From UHGV virus genome UHGV-0204260: a DNA stretch of 45,765 nt; one strand, 5' to 3'. This document shows, one piece after another, positions 19,209-31,566 of this stretch. Both the position numbers and the translations under genes were made by a program. This stretch comes from a virus. The notes under the pieces are model-generated. The model saw nothing but the letters and a program-made list of their open reading frames with translations, was not told the origin of the DNA and did no database searches. Positions within the stretch are counted from its first letter, which is position 1; each line of letters starts with the position of its first letter.

Positions 19209-21101
19209 TTAAATAGAATATGCCACAGAACCGTCTGCTTTAAGCCATGAATTATTTCCATTATACCAAACAGGGATGTTAAAAGTAGAGTCGAAAGTTG
19301 CGAACCCTTTTGTCTGTATGGCTACCTTGCTTTTTATCTCAGCAGTGGTGCCGAATGAGTACTCAATCAGGCGATGCGACACAAGACCTGTTGTGTTTGT
19401 CCATAATATTTCGTGTTTCTCTGTCTTTCCCCCGCTGGTTATAGGATTAACCTCGTACTCGACACGCACTGTATTTATAATGCCATTGTAAAAAGTAGCA
19501 TACAGACATAAGTATCCTGAGGCGTCACCTATAGCTGTTATCCACGGGAGAAAAACGTTACGTATGTCGACGGTAGAGTCTCCTAAAAACACTTTGAATT
19601 CAAAATTATTGCGGATGTTATTTTCGTTACACCATGTTTTAATAGCGTTACACGCTTGTAGTACCGTCATTCCGGGCGTTACGGTTGATAGGTACAGGTA
19701 CTTAGCCAGTTCCGGGTCACTACTGGAAAGTATATCCGACTGCTGGATACTACTGGTGTAATTCACTACCGGGAATATACTACCATCTACCATATTCAGC
19801 ACTCGAGTTAACGGGTACGATTTCCGCTCCATAGTATTTGTATATTCGTTTGTCACGGATGCATCGACCACATTCGCGGTATAGCCGTATGCGTTAGGGT
19901 CCCAGATTGATAGATCAAATCGGCAGCCACTCATGAATCCCGGTGCGTGTTCCATATGCACAACCTTAACCATCTGAGCGTGAGGTTGTGATTGCAATCG
20001 CACATGCACATCACCAATTCCTCCAGCTACGTTGCCACCAGATTGCGGGATGCTGGTATCCCTGAAATGATATGTACTGAACCAGGCTACCAACTTAAGG
20101 TCAAGAGATGAAATAAAGTTAAGTGGATTTGTTCCTACGCCTATTGCATGAGCCACAGTAAACCCAGTGGATGAGACATCAACTTCGTTCCATATCAGTA
20201 TTTCTTCATCTGCTGAGTTGCAGTCTATAGAGAAGCCGTACCCCTCATCGGTAACAGGAGTAGAAGCAGATTCTTGTTTAACGGCTCCTTGTCGGTTAAA
20301 CACGTAAAAAGGACCGAATTTATTCTTCTGAGTTAATCGCCCAAGATTAGAAGGTCCGGTGTAGTATTTGCTACCTCTTAAAGTTAAGGCTATTCCAGTG
20401 TACCCACCGCCCGGGATATCTACGGTTATCCGCATTCCGTTTGCGTCGAAATTGGCGTTTGGATTCTTAAATATAAATCCGTTGATATTGCTTCTAATGA
20501 TAAATTCAACGTCCGGGCCAACCTCGATATATTCAAGGGATGAAATATCAACCTCATGAGATGATGTTATTAGGTAAGTACCAGAGTTAACTATGAATTT
20601 TTTATCAGCTAGCATTTGTGAAAGTTGGTTGTCACATGGAATTGATCCAGAAGCATCTGCTCCGTATGATTCAAGGTCGCCTCCTATTAATTTTATTCCA
20701 TTCTTTGACGATAAATCTGCTCGTAATGATGCATCACCTACACCAACCCACGCACCCAAACCAACCCCGCCGGAAGTTTCAGGAGTTGAAGCGGCAGAAA
20801 CAGTTTTAGGAAATTCGCCATCCCAACGGTAATACTCACCAGTAGCTTTATATCGCAACACCTGATTTGGTAATGTCAGTGTCGAGCCATCTTCGAAACT
20901 ATCCATTGTGATGTAGCCGTAGTTACGGATAGCTTCTTCTGCGGTGTATTGGAAGCCAGCAATTGTCCAGCGGCGAACTCCGAAGCGGTCGGTGTAGTAA
21001 TGCGCGTTAGATGTTACCACCTCGTCGATTTTCCCTGCGTTAAACTTGAGGTCGCGCGGGTCTTCTGACGGAATTGGTTTATTAGTTGGTGTGGTAGCCA
21101 T
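19209..21101 (-). CDS. Tailspike protein
   Basis: 630 aa. N-terminal adaptor domain and a linker segment [30 protein letters not shown] that closely resembles the linker of K1F-type endosialidase tailspikes. AAGGAG RBS. Confidence 0.8.
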   Translation of the reverse strand: [630 protein letters not shown]

Positions 21102-21140
21102 TATAATAAATGCTCCTTTGTGGATTTGATGTATATTGTA

Positions 21141-24478
<3,338 letters not shown>

Positions 24479-24484
24479 TTACTA

Positions 24485-25855
24485 TCAGACATTGAATTTT
24501 ATTGTTGTGATGTACTTACTGCCCCACGCAGAATCCGCTTGAGGGATAGCCGCGTAATCATCTACAGACGGAACGTTTACCACAGTGCCGTCGGAATATG
24601 TAATGTCGATGCTTGTTGCACCGTTCATTGCTACTTTTGCCGATGGCGTAGGTCTGGTTACCGGTGACTCTTCAGTAATTATTGGCGATGTGGCAAACGA
24701 TGATTTTTCTATTTGTGGTGCGGATACTAGAATTCCACTGGAACCATCGCCGGCGAACGATGATACTGTCGCTGTTTGAAAAACCCATATACCCAATGAT
24801 AGCTGAGTGGCTCCCGCGCTTTTTATCGTTACCGTTTCCGTAAATCTGTACCACCCGCCCCCTAAATACACTACTGTGCTTCCTGTTGCGCCTGAGGAAA
24901 ACGTTCCGTCCGCTAAATTGACAAGAACGTCACCGATAAGCCCGGATTCATCCGCGGCGCGTAATCGTGCGTAGTTATACCCGTAAGCCTTAGCAACGTA
25001 ACTAAAGGTGTATACATCGCCACCCGCAAAAGCGGAAGACACTGATTGTTGCACTATGTGATTGCCGTTTGTCGTGGTTGGTACTAGTGAGAACGCACCG
25101 CCGTTTAGAATTCCGCCAGCTGCGTCTGACACTGTTGTTCTAGTTTTTGACCACGATGCGTCAGATAATTTCGACGATTTAATCAGGATATTGCTGGATG
25201 CAGCTTCCGGCGGTACACGCCCAACAGCAACCCCATTAATAAATGTAAGTGGCCATTCATTAGCAGCGGACTGCACAAGATTACCGTTTCTGTTGATATA
25301 GTAAATCTGTGGACCTTCGTAAACAATGCGGCTATCAAGCATAGATGACAGCATGTTAATTGGCATGTGCAGTATCGGTGTCATATAGACTTGCGGGAGT
25401 TCGCGATTAACGACTTCATCCAGCCAGTTATACCATCTGTAATCCAGTTCAACCAGAACATCATCAAACTCGTCCATTGTGTTATTGATTTTTTTAGCGA
25501 TAACGTTACCAGTCCACGTTACCACGCCGCCATCAATACTGGTCTGCACCGGATAATCGGTAAAGTGCAGCGTCTGCTCCTGCAATCCGCTGCCGCCGAG
25601 GTCAATCACCATGGTGAACCAGTTGTTGCATTTGTTGAGGTAGTTCGAACTACGCAACCACTGGATAAATGCGCGTTCTTCTGCTAGCGTAAACTTCCAC
25701 GTCAGGCTCCATGTCGCCGCAATGTCGGTTGTCAGCTTCTGAAAGATTGGTGCGCCGACCGCAGGCTGATCACTGCGGAACGGGGTTTGCTGTGTCAGGT
25801 TTTTACTGGCGCGCTGTGCGAGTGGCAGCCAGTCAGGGTATTTGATGATAGCCAT
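24485..25855 (-). CDS. Minor tail protein (gpM-position, with extra C-terminal domain)
   Basis: 456 aa. Start overlaps the TMP stop. The C-terminal half is Gly/Ser/Thr-rich. Confidence 0.55.
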   Translation of the reverse strand: MAIIKYPDWLPLAQRASKNLTQQTPFRSDQPAVGAPIFQKLTTDIAATWSLTWKFTLAEERAFIQWLRSSNYLNKCNNWFTMVIDLGGSGLQEQTLHFTDYPVQTSIDGGVVTWTGNVIAKKINNTMDEFDDVLVELDYRWYNWLDEVVNRELPQVYMTPILHMPINMLSSMLDSRIVYEGPQIYYINRNGNLVQSAANEWPLTFINGVAVGRVPPEAASSNILIKSSKLSDASWSKTRTTVSDAAGGILNGGAFSLVPTTTNGNHIVQQSVSSAFAGGDVYTFSYVAKAYGYNYARLRAADESGLIGDVLVNLADGTFSSGATGSTVVYLGGGWYRFTETVTIKSAGATQLSLGIWVFQTATVSSFAGDGSSGILVSAPQIEKSSFATSPIITEESPVTRPTPSAKVAMNGATSIDITYSDGTVVNVPSVDDYAAIPQADSAWGSKYITTIKFNV

Positions 25856-28191
25856 TATTCAGTTGCCCTCCGGCTTGCTGAGTAGTTTCTTCCAATGCTT
25901 TGCCCGATAGGGCCGTTGTTTTCGATATCACTAACGATAGTCTCAATCGTCACACTGCCATCGCCATTATCTCTGGCACTGCTGCTAACCTGCGCTGAGC
26001 TGTTATTTATCACGTTATTATAAACCACAACGCCACTGCTTCCGCCTGTCAGGTCTTTGTTGCTGATAACGCGGCCACTATCACCCGGTATCATGTACTG
26101 ATGACCGTTTGATGCCTGGAATATCTCAGGGAGGTTATTCTCTCCTACTCGGTACATTGAACCTTCCTGCGCTGGACCGCCGTTTTTCAGCGCGCCAGCA
26201 ATGGATAGTGTCTTTGCAAGGCCAACGGTTGCTGACATTCCAGCCATTGCTGGTGCTGAGTTTGTACCAGCCGTTGCCAGTGATGTCATAGCTGCTGCTG
26301 GAGCCATTGCTGCTGATATCGCTGCCGCCTGAGCTATTGTTGCTGCTGATGCGGCCGCCATTCCAGCCTGACCCATGATTACAGACTGCGCCCACTGGAT
26401 ACCCATTTGAACGAAAGCATTGATAACGCTGGACAGTATGTTCGACCCAATAGAACGGAGTGCATCTGATACAGACATTGAACCAGTAAGGATGCCAGTT
26501 AAAGCATTACCAGCGGTCTGCCCGAAAGCATCAAATGCCGCCGCCGCCGCTTGTGTGGCTGCGCTTTGCTGACTCCACTCCTGCCACATTGCTTCAATTC
26601 TTTGCTGCCTGTACTGCTCTTCAATTGTAGCTCTGGTTTGCTGTATCTCTGCCATCTTTTGCGGGTACGCTTTGGCATAAGCATCCAAATCAGCCATATC
26701 CTTCTGATAGGATGTTTCTACAGCAAACATTGGTGAGGTTTGCGATTTTAGTGCGCTGTATCCTTTTACGGCATCTATTCTTCTCTTTTCCGCCGCCGCT
26801 TGTTCCTTCAACGCATTCTTCTGTTCCCAAATCTTCGCAGCGTACTCACCAGCCAGTTTTATTTGCTCCTGAGTTGCCGCCTTGCCAAGCGATTGCTGCG
26901 CATTGAGGATTGCTTGCTCTCGGGAGAGTTCGCTGGTAGATGTGGCATTAAGCATGGTTTGCTGGCGTAATTTCTCCAGCTTTTCAGCCACCGACTCAGC
27001 TTGCCGCTCTTCGGCGCTTTTGCCTTTTTTCTTTTTGTCTTTGGTTGGTGCTTGTGCAATCTTCAGGTGTTTTGTTGCTTCAGCCTGTTTCTTTGTCTGC
27101 TCGTAACCTTCTGCTGATGCCTTAACGAATCGCTCAACCTGTTCGTTATATTGCTTTTGGTTTTCAATATCATCATCACCAAAAAGCGCATCGACTCCCA
27201 TCTGCGCCCATGCTCCCGGGTTTAGCTTAGAAATGACAGTGGCTAGAGAAAGAATCTTATCGCTTGTGCTGGTTGATTTGTCACCGAGGAAATCAATGTA
27301 TTTTGCCAGCTGGTCGATAATCTCTACTGCTGTTTTTGATGCACCAGTGGCATCGTTAACGGCAACCACAAGTTTGGAGAATGAAACCTCAAGAGAACCA
27401 ACGGCCTGATCCATTGTGCGAGGAAGTTTTTCAAACTCAGCATTGACGACGCTTGTCCTGTCCTGAATGGCATTCAGTGCATCTTCTGCCGTCAATTTTC
27501 CGTCAAGCATTCTGGCGCGGAGTTCACCCATTGAAATGCCAAGACCTGCCGCTATCTGGCGCGCAAGTTCAGGCATCTGCTCAAGGATTGAGTTAAATTC
27601 TTCTGCACGGATTGTGCCAGATGCGATTGATTGACCAAACTGGCGCAGGGCGTTAGCCATTTCTTCGGTTGATGACCCGCCTATTCGCCCTATTTTTTGC
27701 AGGGTATCTGTAAGGTTAAGAACCTGCGCATTTGTTGCGCCAGCCTCTTTCAGTGATGACGTCAATGTTTCCCACAGCTTCGTGGTGTCGCTGAGGCTTG
27801 CGCCAGTGGTCGAAGCGATATTTGCCAGTGAACTGAATGTTTCGTTCGCGGTTTTTGCATCAGTTGATAGGCGAGCAATCCTTGCCTGAAGCTGCGTCAT
27901 GTTATCGGCAACTTCAAGGAATCGCTTTCCCCATTCGATAATCAATGACACGGATATTGCGCCAGCCAACATCGACATGCTGGTTTTAAGCCCTGAAGCT
28001 GCGCCGCCAGCATTCTTCATTCCGCTGCCAGCATTGCGCGCGCCTTTGTCCAGCTTGTTGAGTTCTCCGGTAGTCTTGTTTACTGATGATTCAAGGTCAT
28101 CTAAAGTCTTATTGGCTGTTGTCGCGCCAGCTTTCAGGCCTTTAACATCCATCCCGACTTCATAGACAATTCCGCCGACTTCTTCAGCCAT
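25855..28191 (-). CDS. Tail tape measure protein
   Basis: 778 aa, strongly alpha-helical/coiled-coil and Ala/Gln/Glu-rich with a Gly-rich C-terminus, in the canonical position. Confidence 0.85.
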   Translation of the reverse strand: MAEEVGGIVYEVGMDVKGLKAGATTANKTLDDLESSVNKTTGELNKLDKGARNAGSGMKNAGGAASGLKTSMSMLAGAISVSLIIEWGKRFLEVADNMTQLQARIARLSTDAKTANETFSSLANIASTTGASLSDTTKLWETLTSSLKEAGATNAQVLNLTDTLQKIGRIGGSSTEEMANALRQFGQSIASGTIRAEEFNSILEQMPELARQIAAGLGISMGELRARMLDGKLTAEDALNAIQDRTSVVNAEFEKLPRTMDQAVGSLEVSFSKLVVAVNDATGASKTAVEIIDQLAKYIDFLGDKSTSTSDKILSLATVISKLNPGAWAQMGVDALFGDDDIENQKQYNEQVERFVKASAEGYEQTKKQAEATKHLKIAQAPTKDKKKKGKSAEERQAESVAEKLEKLRQQTMLNATSTSELSREQAILNAQQSLGKAATQEQIKLAGEYAAKIWEQKNALKEQAAAEKRRIDAVKGYSALKSQTSPMFAVETSYQKDMADLDAYAKAYPQKMAEIQQTRATIEEQYRQQRIEAMWQEWSQQSAATQAAAAAFDAFGQTAGNALTGILTGSMSVSDALRSIGSNILSSVINAFVQMGIQWAQSVIMGQAGMAAASAATIAQAAAISAAMAPAAAMTSLATAGTNSAPAMAGMSATVGLAKTLSIAGALKNGGPAQEGSMYRVGENNLPEIFQASNGHQYMIPGDSGRVISNKDLTGGSSGVVVYNNVINNSSAQVSSSARDNGDGSVTIETIVSDIENNGPIGQSIGRNYSASRRATE

Positions 28192-28907
28192 TATGTATTC
28201 CTCGCTTTTTTCGCTTTGCGTTCAGCCAGTGCCTTCATGCGCTCACGGTCTGCTTTAGCCTGATCGTACTCTGCTGCGCGTTCTTCTTTCGTTAAACCTT
28301 TCGGCTCTGGATATTTATTCTTAATCATCATCTGAAACTCTGTCATGGACAGGTTTTCGGCCTCATCGCGCGTCATATCGAAGTGCGTGCGTGCTGAGAT
28401 GATGTATTGCGACGCATGAAACTCATTTGTGGTTTTCTTTCCCTGCTCTTCCAGACGCTCAGGCACTTTGAGTGGAGATTTTCCGATGATTCCATGCTGC
28501 ATAAGGTTACGCGCAATAATAATAATGTCGCTCACTGGCATGATGCCGGGAACATATCGCATGCCGCGCGGAGTTGGTTTCCATCCACCAATCAGCACAG
28601 AAACATCATCTTCACAGCATGATTGCATGACAATATAGGCCGCGCTCAGCACGTGGCGACCATACACTGGCTTGCTGATGGTTTTCATAACCTGCATCTG
28701 CGCGCCAAATGGCAGGTATTCGATGTGCTGCAATGGCGCAACATAATCAATGCCATTGAGTCTGGCGTACACCTCGACGATTTCCTTTGGCGTGCCGATT
28801 TCATTCATGGCGCGGAATGATGGCTTAAAGAAAAAACTCCTGTCAGAAAGCGAGATGCGCATCTCCCCGATTTCTGTTAGTGGCGTGCGATTGGTCATGT
28901 TTTGCAT
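28191..28907 (-). CDS. Tail assembly chaperone (G/GT-like position)
   Basis: 238 aa ORF directly upstream of the TMP (TAATG overlap) with a basic coiled-coil C-terminus. No separate frameshifted T ORF was seen. Confidence 0.5.
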   Translation of the reverse strand: MQNMTNRTPLTEIGEMRISLSDRSFFFKPSFRAMNEIGTPKEIVEVYARLNGIDYVAPLQHIEYLPFGAQMQVMKTISKPVYGRHVLSAAYIVMQSCCEDDVSVLIGGWKPTPRGMRYVPGIMPVSDIIIIARNLMQHGIIGKSPLKVPERLEEQGKKTTNEFHASQYIISARTHFDMTRDEAENLSMTEFQMMIKNKYPEPKGLTKEERAAEYDQAKADRERMKALAERKAKKARNT

Positions 28908-28947
28908 CCTGAATTTGACTGATGTTGATTATATCATCTCGGTGGTG

Positions 28948-28976
28948 TTGACACCTGTGAGGTGGTGATGTAGATT
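28948..28976 (+). promoter_or_regulatory. Promoter TTGACA (28948-28953), 17 nt spacer, TAGATT (28971-28976)
   Basis: Consensus -35 and near-consensus -10. The 5' leader is conserved with the leader of gene 5203. Confidence 0.55.
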
Positions 28977-28999
28977 CAAATCATCGAAACGAGATAGGA

Positions 29000-29206
29000 A
29001 TGAGGCGAGTTATGGATACCGTAGTTGCGTTATTTATTATTGGCTTGGCTGTTTTTGTGTACCTTTTACCTGCGTTTGTGGCTCTGCAACGCAAGCACGT
29101 AAACACGACTGCAATCTGCGTACTGAATATTCTTGTTGGATGGAGCTTTATTGGATGGGTTGCAGCACTTGTCTGGGCATTAGTTAACAGTGGCGACAAG
29201 AAATGA
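29000..29206 (+). CDS. Superinfection immunity-like membrane protein (Imm_superinfect family-like, two TM helices)
   Basis: The stretch LPAFVALQRKHVNTTAICVLNILVGWSFIGWVAALVWAL matches the motif of small superinfection-immunity proteins. Probable start is the ATG at 29012. Confidence 0.7.
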   Translation: MRRVMDTVVALFIIGLAVFVYLLPAFVALQRKHVNTTAICVLNILVGWSFIGWVAALVWALVNSGDKK

Positions 29207-29346
29207 ACGAACAAACAAAAGCTGACCTGATTTTCTACACCGATTTGTATGTCGATGCGGGTTACGACTACGAAGAAGCGGAGCGCATGGCGAAAGATTT
29301 GCTTCGCGTTATTGGTGTGATTTTTGATGAGGATAAGGTGATATGA
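29203..29346 (+). CDS. Hypothetical protein (47 aa)
   Basis: ATGA overlaps at both ends couple it to the genes upstream and downstream. Not in the track (<60 aa). Confidence 0.4.
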   Translation: MNEQTKADLIFYTDLYVDAGYDYEEAERMAKDLLRVIGVIFDEDKVI

Positions 29347-29690
29347 AAAATTATGAAGAGATGAGCGATTTTGAAATTAACAAGCGAGTATTTAAAGTGA
29401 TAGTTGGGGCAAAGCCATTAGGTTATCCACACAACGCAGATGGGCGGTCTGTTGGCAATGAAGCAAATGGTAATTATCTATGGTACGACTATTGCAATAA
29501 TCCAGAAGATGCTGAGCCTATTATTATTGAAAACAGAATCGGCACTATTCCAGCACCAGATAATGGATTGTGGAAAGCCGCGCACAGAAAGATTGGTAAT
29601 GATGATACGCCATACCACTTTACTCAAGATAAAAACCCACTACGCGCCGCCATGATTGTCTTCCTTAAAATGAATGAGGATAAGTTATGA
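29343..29690 (+). CDS. NinX-like protein (DUF2591-like)
   Basis: 115 aa with an N-terminus MKNYEEMSDFEINKRV typical of NinX/DUF2591 phage proteins. Confidence 0.6.
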   Translation: MKNYEEMSDFEINKRVFKVIVGAKPLGYPHNADGRSVGNEANGNYLWYDYCNNPEDAEPIIIENRIGTIPAPDNGLWKAAHRKIGNDDTPYHFTQDKNPLRAAMIVFLKMNEDKL

Positions 29691-29890
29691 GCCAGTGGAT
29701 TAAGTGCAGTGAGCGGATGCCTGAAGAAGGCAAGCCAGTTTTAGTTGTCAGCAGTATTGGTGGTGCGGTACAGAACAATGTGTACGAGTGGGATGGTAGA
29801 ACTTGGTGTGATTTCAGGGCAGACTACAACGAACTCAGTATGGATGTTTTTACCCACTGGATGCCGCTACCAGAGCCACCACAAGAATAA
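29687..29890 (+). CDS. DUF551-like protein
   Basis: 67 aa. MSQWIKCSERMPEEGKPVLV resembles the DUF551 N-terminus common in phage accessory regions. Confidence 0.55.
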   Translation: MSQWIKCSERMPEEGKPVLVVSSIGGAVQNNVYEWDGRTWCDFRADYNELSMDVFTHWMPLPEPPQE

Positions 29891-29892
29891 AA

Positions 29893-29920
29893 CAAAGCCC
29901 CTTTCGGGGCTTTTTCTTTA
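29893..29920. terminator. Bidirectional rho-independent terminator (AAAGCCCC-tttc-GGGGCTTT + T-run)
   Basis: Hairpin with U-runs on both strands, between moron island 29000-29890 and the 3' end of the major tail gene. Confidence 0.65.
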
Positions 29921-30637
29921 TCCGGTTACAGTGCAAGCTGTACTGATAATAATTTCCGGGTCAGTAGATGAATCAGTTACCGTGACGGTATACACGCCAG
30001 CGGTAGGGCTTGACAGCGTTGCGCCTGATTCACTGCCAACAACTACGCCATCTTTACGCCACACGTAGGTGTAAGGAGAGACGCCGCCTTCAACAGCAAC
30101 AGTTAATGGGCTGCCAGCAGTTCCAGTTGGTTGCAAGTCAGTAGTGAACTTCAGAGGCTCAAGGCTTTCAACGGTAACGCTGTCAGAATCGTAAACCTTG
30201 AACTCAAGGCTACCAGTCACGATGTCGTTTGTTCCGCCTTCGTAGCTGATGCTGGTGATGTTGCAGTAAGCGGTAACGATGGTGGCACCAGTCACCTGAC
30301 GCACCCACAAGGAAGGCTGACGACGCGATTTCAGTTCAGTGGCGTAAATCTCAACCAGACGATGGAATCCAAACTCATCGCTTGGGTCATTCTTGCGGAT
30401 TTCCACCTCTGCGCTGATGGTCATATCAGAGCTGGTAACGAGAGTGGAAACAAATCCGCCAGCGGTATCCGCTTCCGACGTGGTGGTCTGTGGCGAGTAG
30501 TCAACACCTTTACTGGTGGTTGAGCCTAAATACTTCCAGTCTCCTGCCTCAGGAACTGCGTCACCGCACCCTTCAGCAAGGAACAGTCGGGTCATGCGAC
30601 CGACCAGAACGCCTTTATCATTTGCACAAATAGCCAT
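29918..30637 (-). CDS. Major tail protein with C-terminal Ig-like (Big_2-type) domain
   Basis: 239 aa in the lambda V position. The C-terminal ~80 aa are Thr/Ser/Val-rich with a GVYTVTVTD Ig-like pattern. Confidence 0.75.
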   Translation of the reverse strand: MAICANDKGVLVGRMTRLFLAEGCGDAVPEAGDWKYLGSTTSKGVDYSPQTTTSEADTAGGFVSTLVTSSDMTISAEVEIRKNDPSDEFGFHRLVEIYATELKSRRQPSLWVRQVTGATIVTAYCNITSISYEGGTNDIVTGSLEFKVYDSDSVTVESLEPLKFTTDLQPTGTAGSPLTVAVEGGVSPYTYVWRKDGVVVGSESGATLSSPTAGVYTVTVTDSSTDPEIIISTACTVTG

Positions 30638-30688
30638 TTCGATCTCCGAATTGTGTTAGCTGCTAACGTGGTGATTATATCACAGGTG

Positions 30689-30717
30689 TTGACAGTGATT
30701 ATTTTGTGGTGTAGATT
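30689..30717 (+). promoter_or_regulatory. Promoter TTGACA (30689-30694), 17 nt spacer, TAGATT (30712-30717)
   Basis: Consensus hexamers, with a GGTGTAGATTG motif copy. Confidence 0.55.
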
Positions 30718-30723
30718 GTATTT

Positions 30724-31200
30724 CAGATGGTTTTCGTGAGCTACTTTGCGGACTTTTTAGAAACTGACCACAAAGATAAATGCAAACGATGATGTTGTTC
30801 TGATGGCGGCGTAATAGCCTGTAAGTCAGCAAGGTCTTCCGATTCCTTGTAAGCAAATTCAGCGCAGTGGCTCGCTGTGATTAATAATGTGCACACAACA
30901 GGTAAGAGCATTGGGTAATGTCAGCCTTGGTTCGAAGTCGAAAGACATGCGGTAATACCCAGCCCAAGTTCCAGTGCTCTTTCCGTTGTGGTAATGCGGC
31001 TATGCGCACGCGGCAAGGTAAAGAAACACTCCATTTGTTTTGGGATTGCCTGCTGGATTTACCGACCAGCAATCTGGAGGCACCAGAACCACAACACTTA
31101 ATATCCAGCGTTATCGCAAGCATATGTAGGGGTATGTATGGGTTACGGGGCTGGATGTTAAGAAAGCACGCTGGCAATGCTTAAACCAGCACTAAATCAA
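30724..31200 (+). ncRNA. Candidate structured non-coding RNA / long tRNA-operon leader (~480 nt)
   Basis: Lies between a strong promoter and two tRNAs. It has only implausible ORFs and several GC hairpins (CCAGC/GCTGG stems, CAAGG/CCTTG, CAGCG/CGCTG, GTC-GAAA-GAC tetraloop). Confidence 0.3.
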
Positions 31201-31201
31201 C

Positions 31202-31289
31202 GGATAGTTGGCTGAGAGGCCGAAAGCAGTCGGTTGCTAACCGATAAACCGGAAACGGTTCACAGGTTCGAATCCTGTACTATCCGCCA
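31202..31289 (+). tRNA. tRNA-Ser (anticodon GCU), type II with long variable arm
   Basis: Folded by hand: acceptor GGATAGT/ACTATCC, anticodon loop TTGCTAA, variable arm ACCG-gaaa-CGGT, T-loop GGTTCGAATCC, 3' GCCA. 88 nt. Confidence 0.85.
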
Positions 31290-31295
31290 CATTAA

Positions 31296-31371
31296 ACACC
31301 ATTAGCTCAACGGATAGAGCAGTAGCCTTCTAAGCTATTGGTTGCAGGTTCGAGTCCTGCATGGTGTGCCA
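31296..31371 (+). tRNA. tRNA-Arg (anticodon UCU)
   Basis: Folded by hand: acceptor ACACCAT/ATGGTGT, D-arm GCTC-AACGGATA-GAGC, anticodon loop CTTCTAA, T-loop GGTTCGAGTCC, 3' GCCA. 76 nt. Confidence 0.9.
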
Positions 31372-31386
31372 GTTCGGGAAATTCCG

Positions 31387-31566
31387 ATGACAATCCAGCA
31401 AATCCATAATGATTACTGGCGAATCGCTGACAACCACAACAGGCGCATTGCTTCTATATCAATGATTAACAAATGGTACGTAGTTAGTCTTGCCAATGGA
31501 GGTTATGCGGGAAGGTTCGAGTCATTTGATGATGCGATTGGCTCAATCAAAAGCAAGGATAATTAA
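31387..31566 (+). CDS. Hypothetical protein (59 aa) downstream of the tRNAs
   Basis: ATG at 31387 follows GGGAA 7 nt after the tRNA-Arg end. It is the in-frame part of track ORF 31342-31566. Confidence 0.5.
   Translation: MTIQQIHNDYWRIADNHNRRIASISMINKWYVVSLANGGYAGRFESFDDAIGSIKSKDN

Noticed and set aside
28191-28230. Possible -1 programmed frameshift at the GAAAAAAG near the 3' end of the tail chaperone gene
   Set aside because: A -1 shift there would read straight into the TMP frame and not into a separate T-type ORF. No alternative-frame ORF exists upstream of the TMP. The phasing is non-canonical, so this is probably not a G/GT-type frameshift site.
30881-31184. Overlapping 98-aa (minus) and 88-aa (plus) ORFs in the region upstream of the tRNAs
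   Set aside because: Both are Cys/Arg/Gly-rich with no RBS and are mutually exclusive. The region is better explained as structured non-coding RNA.
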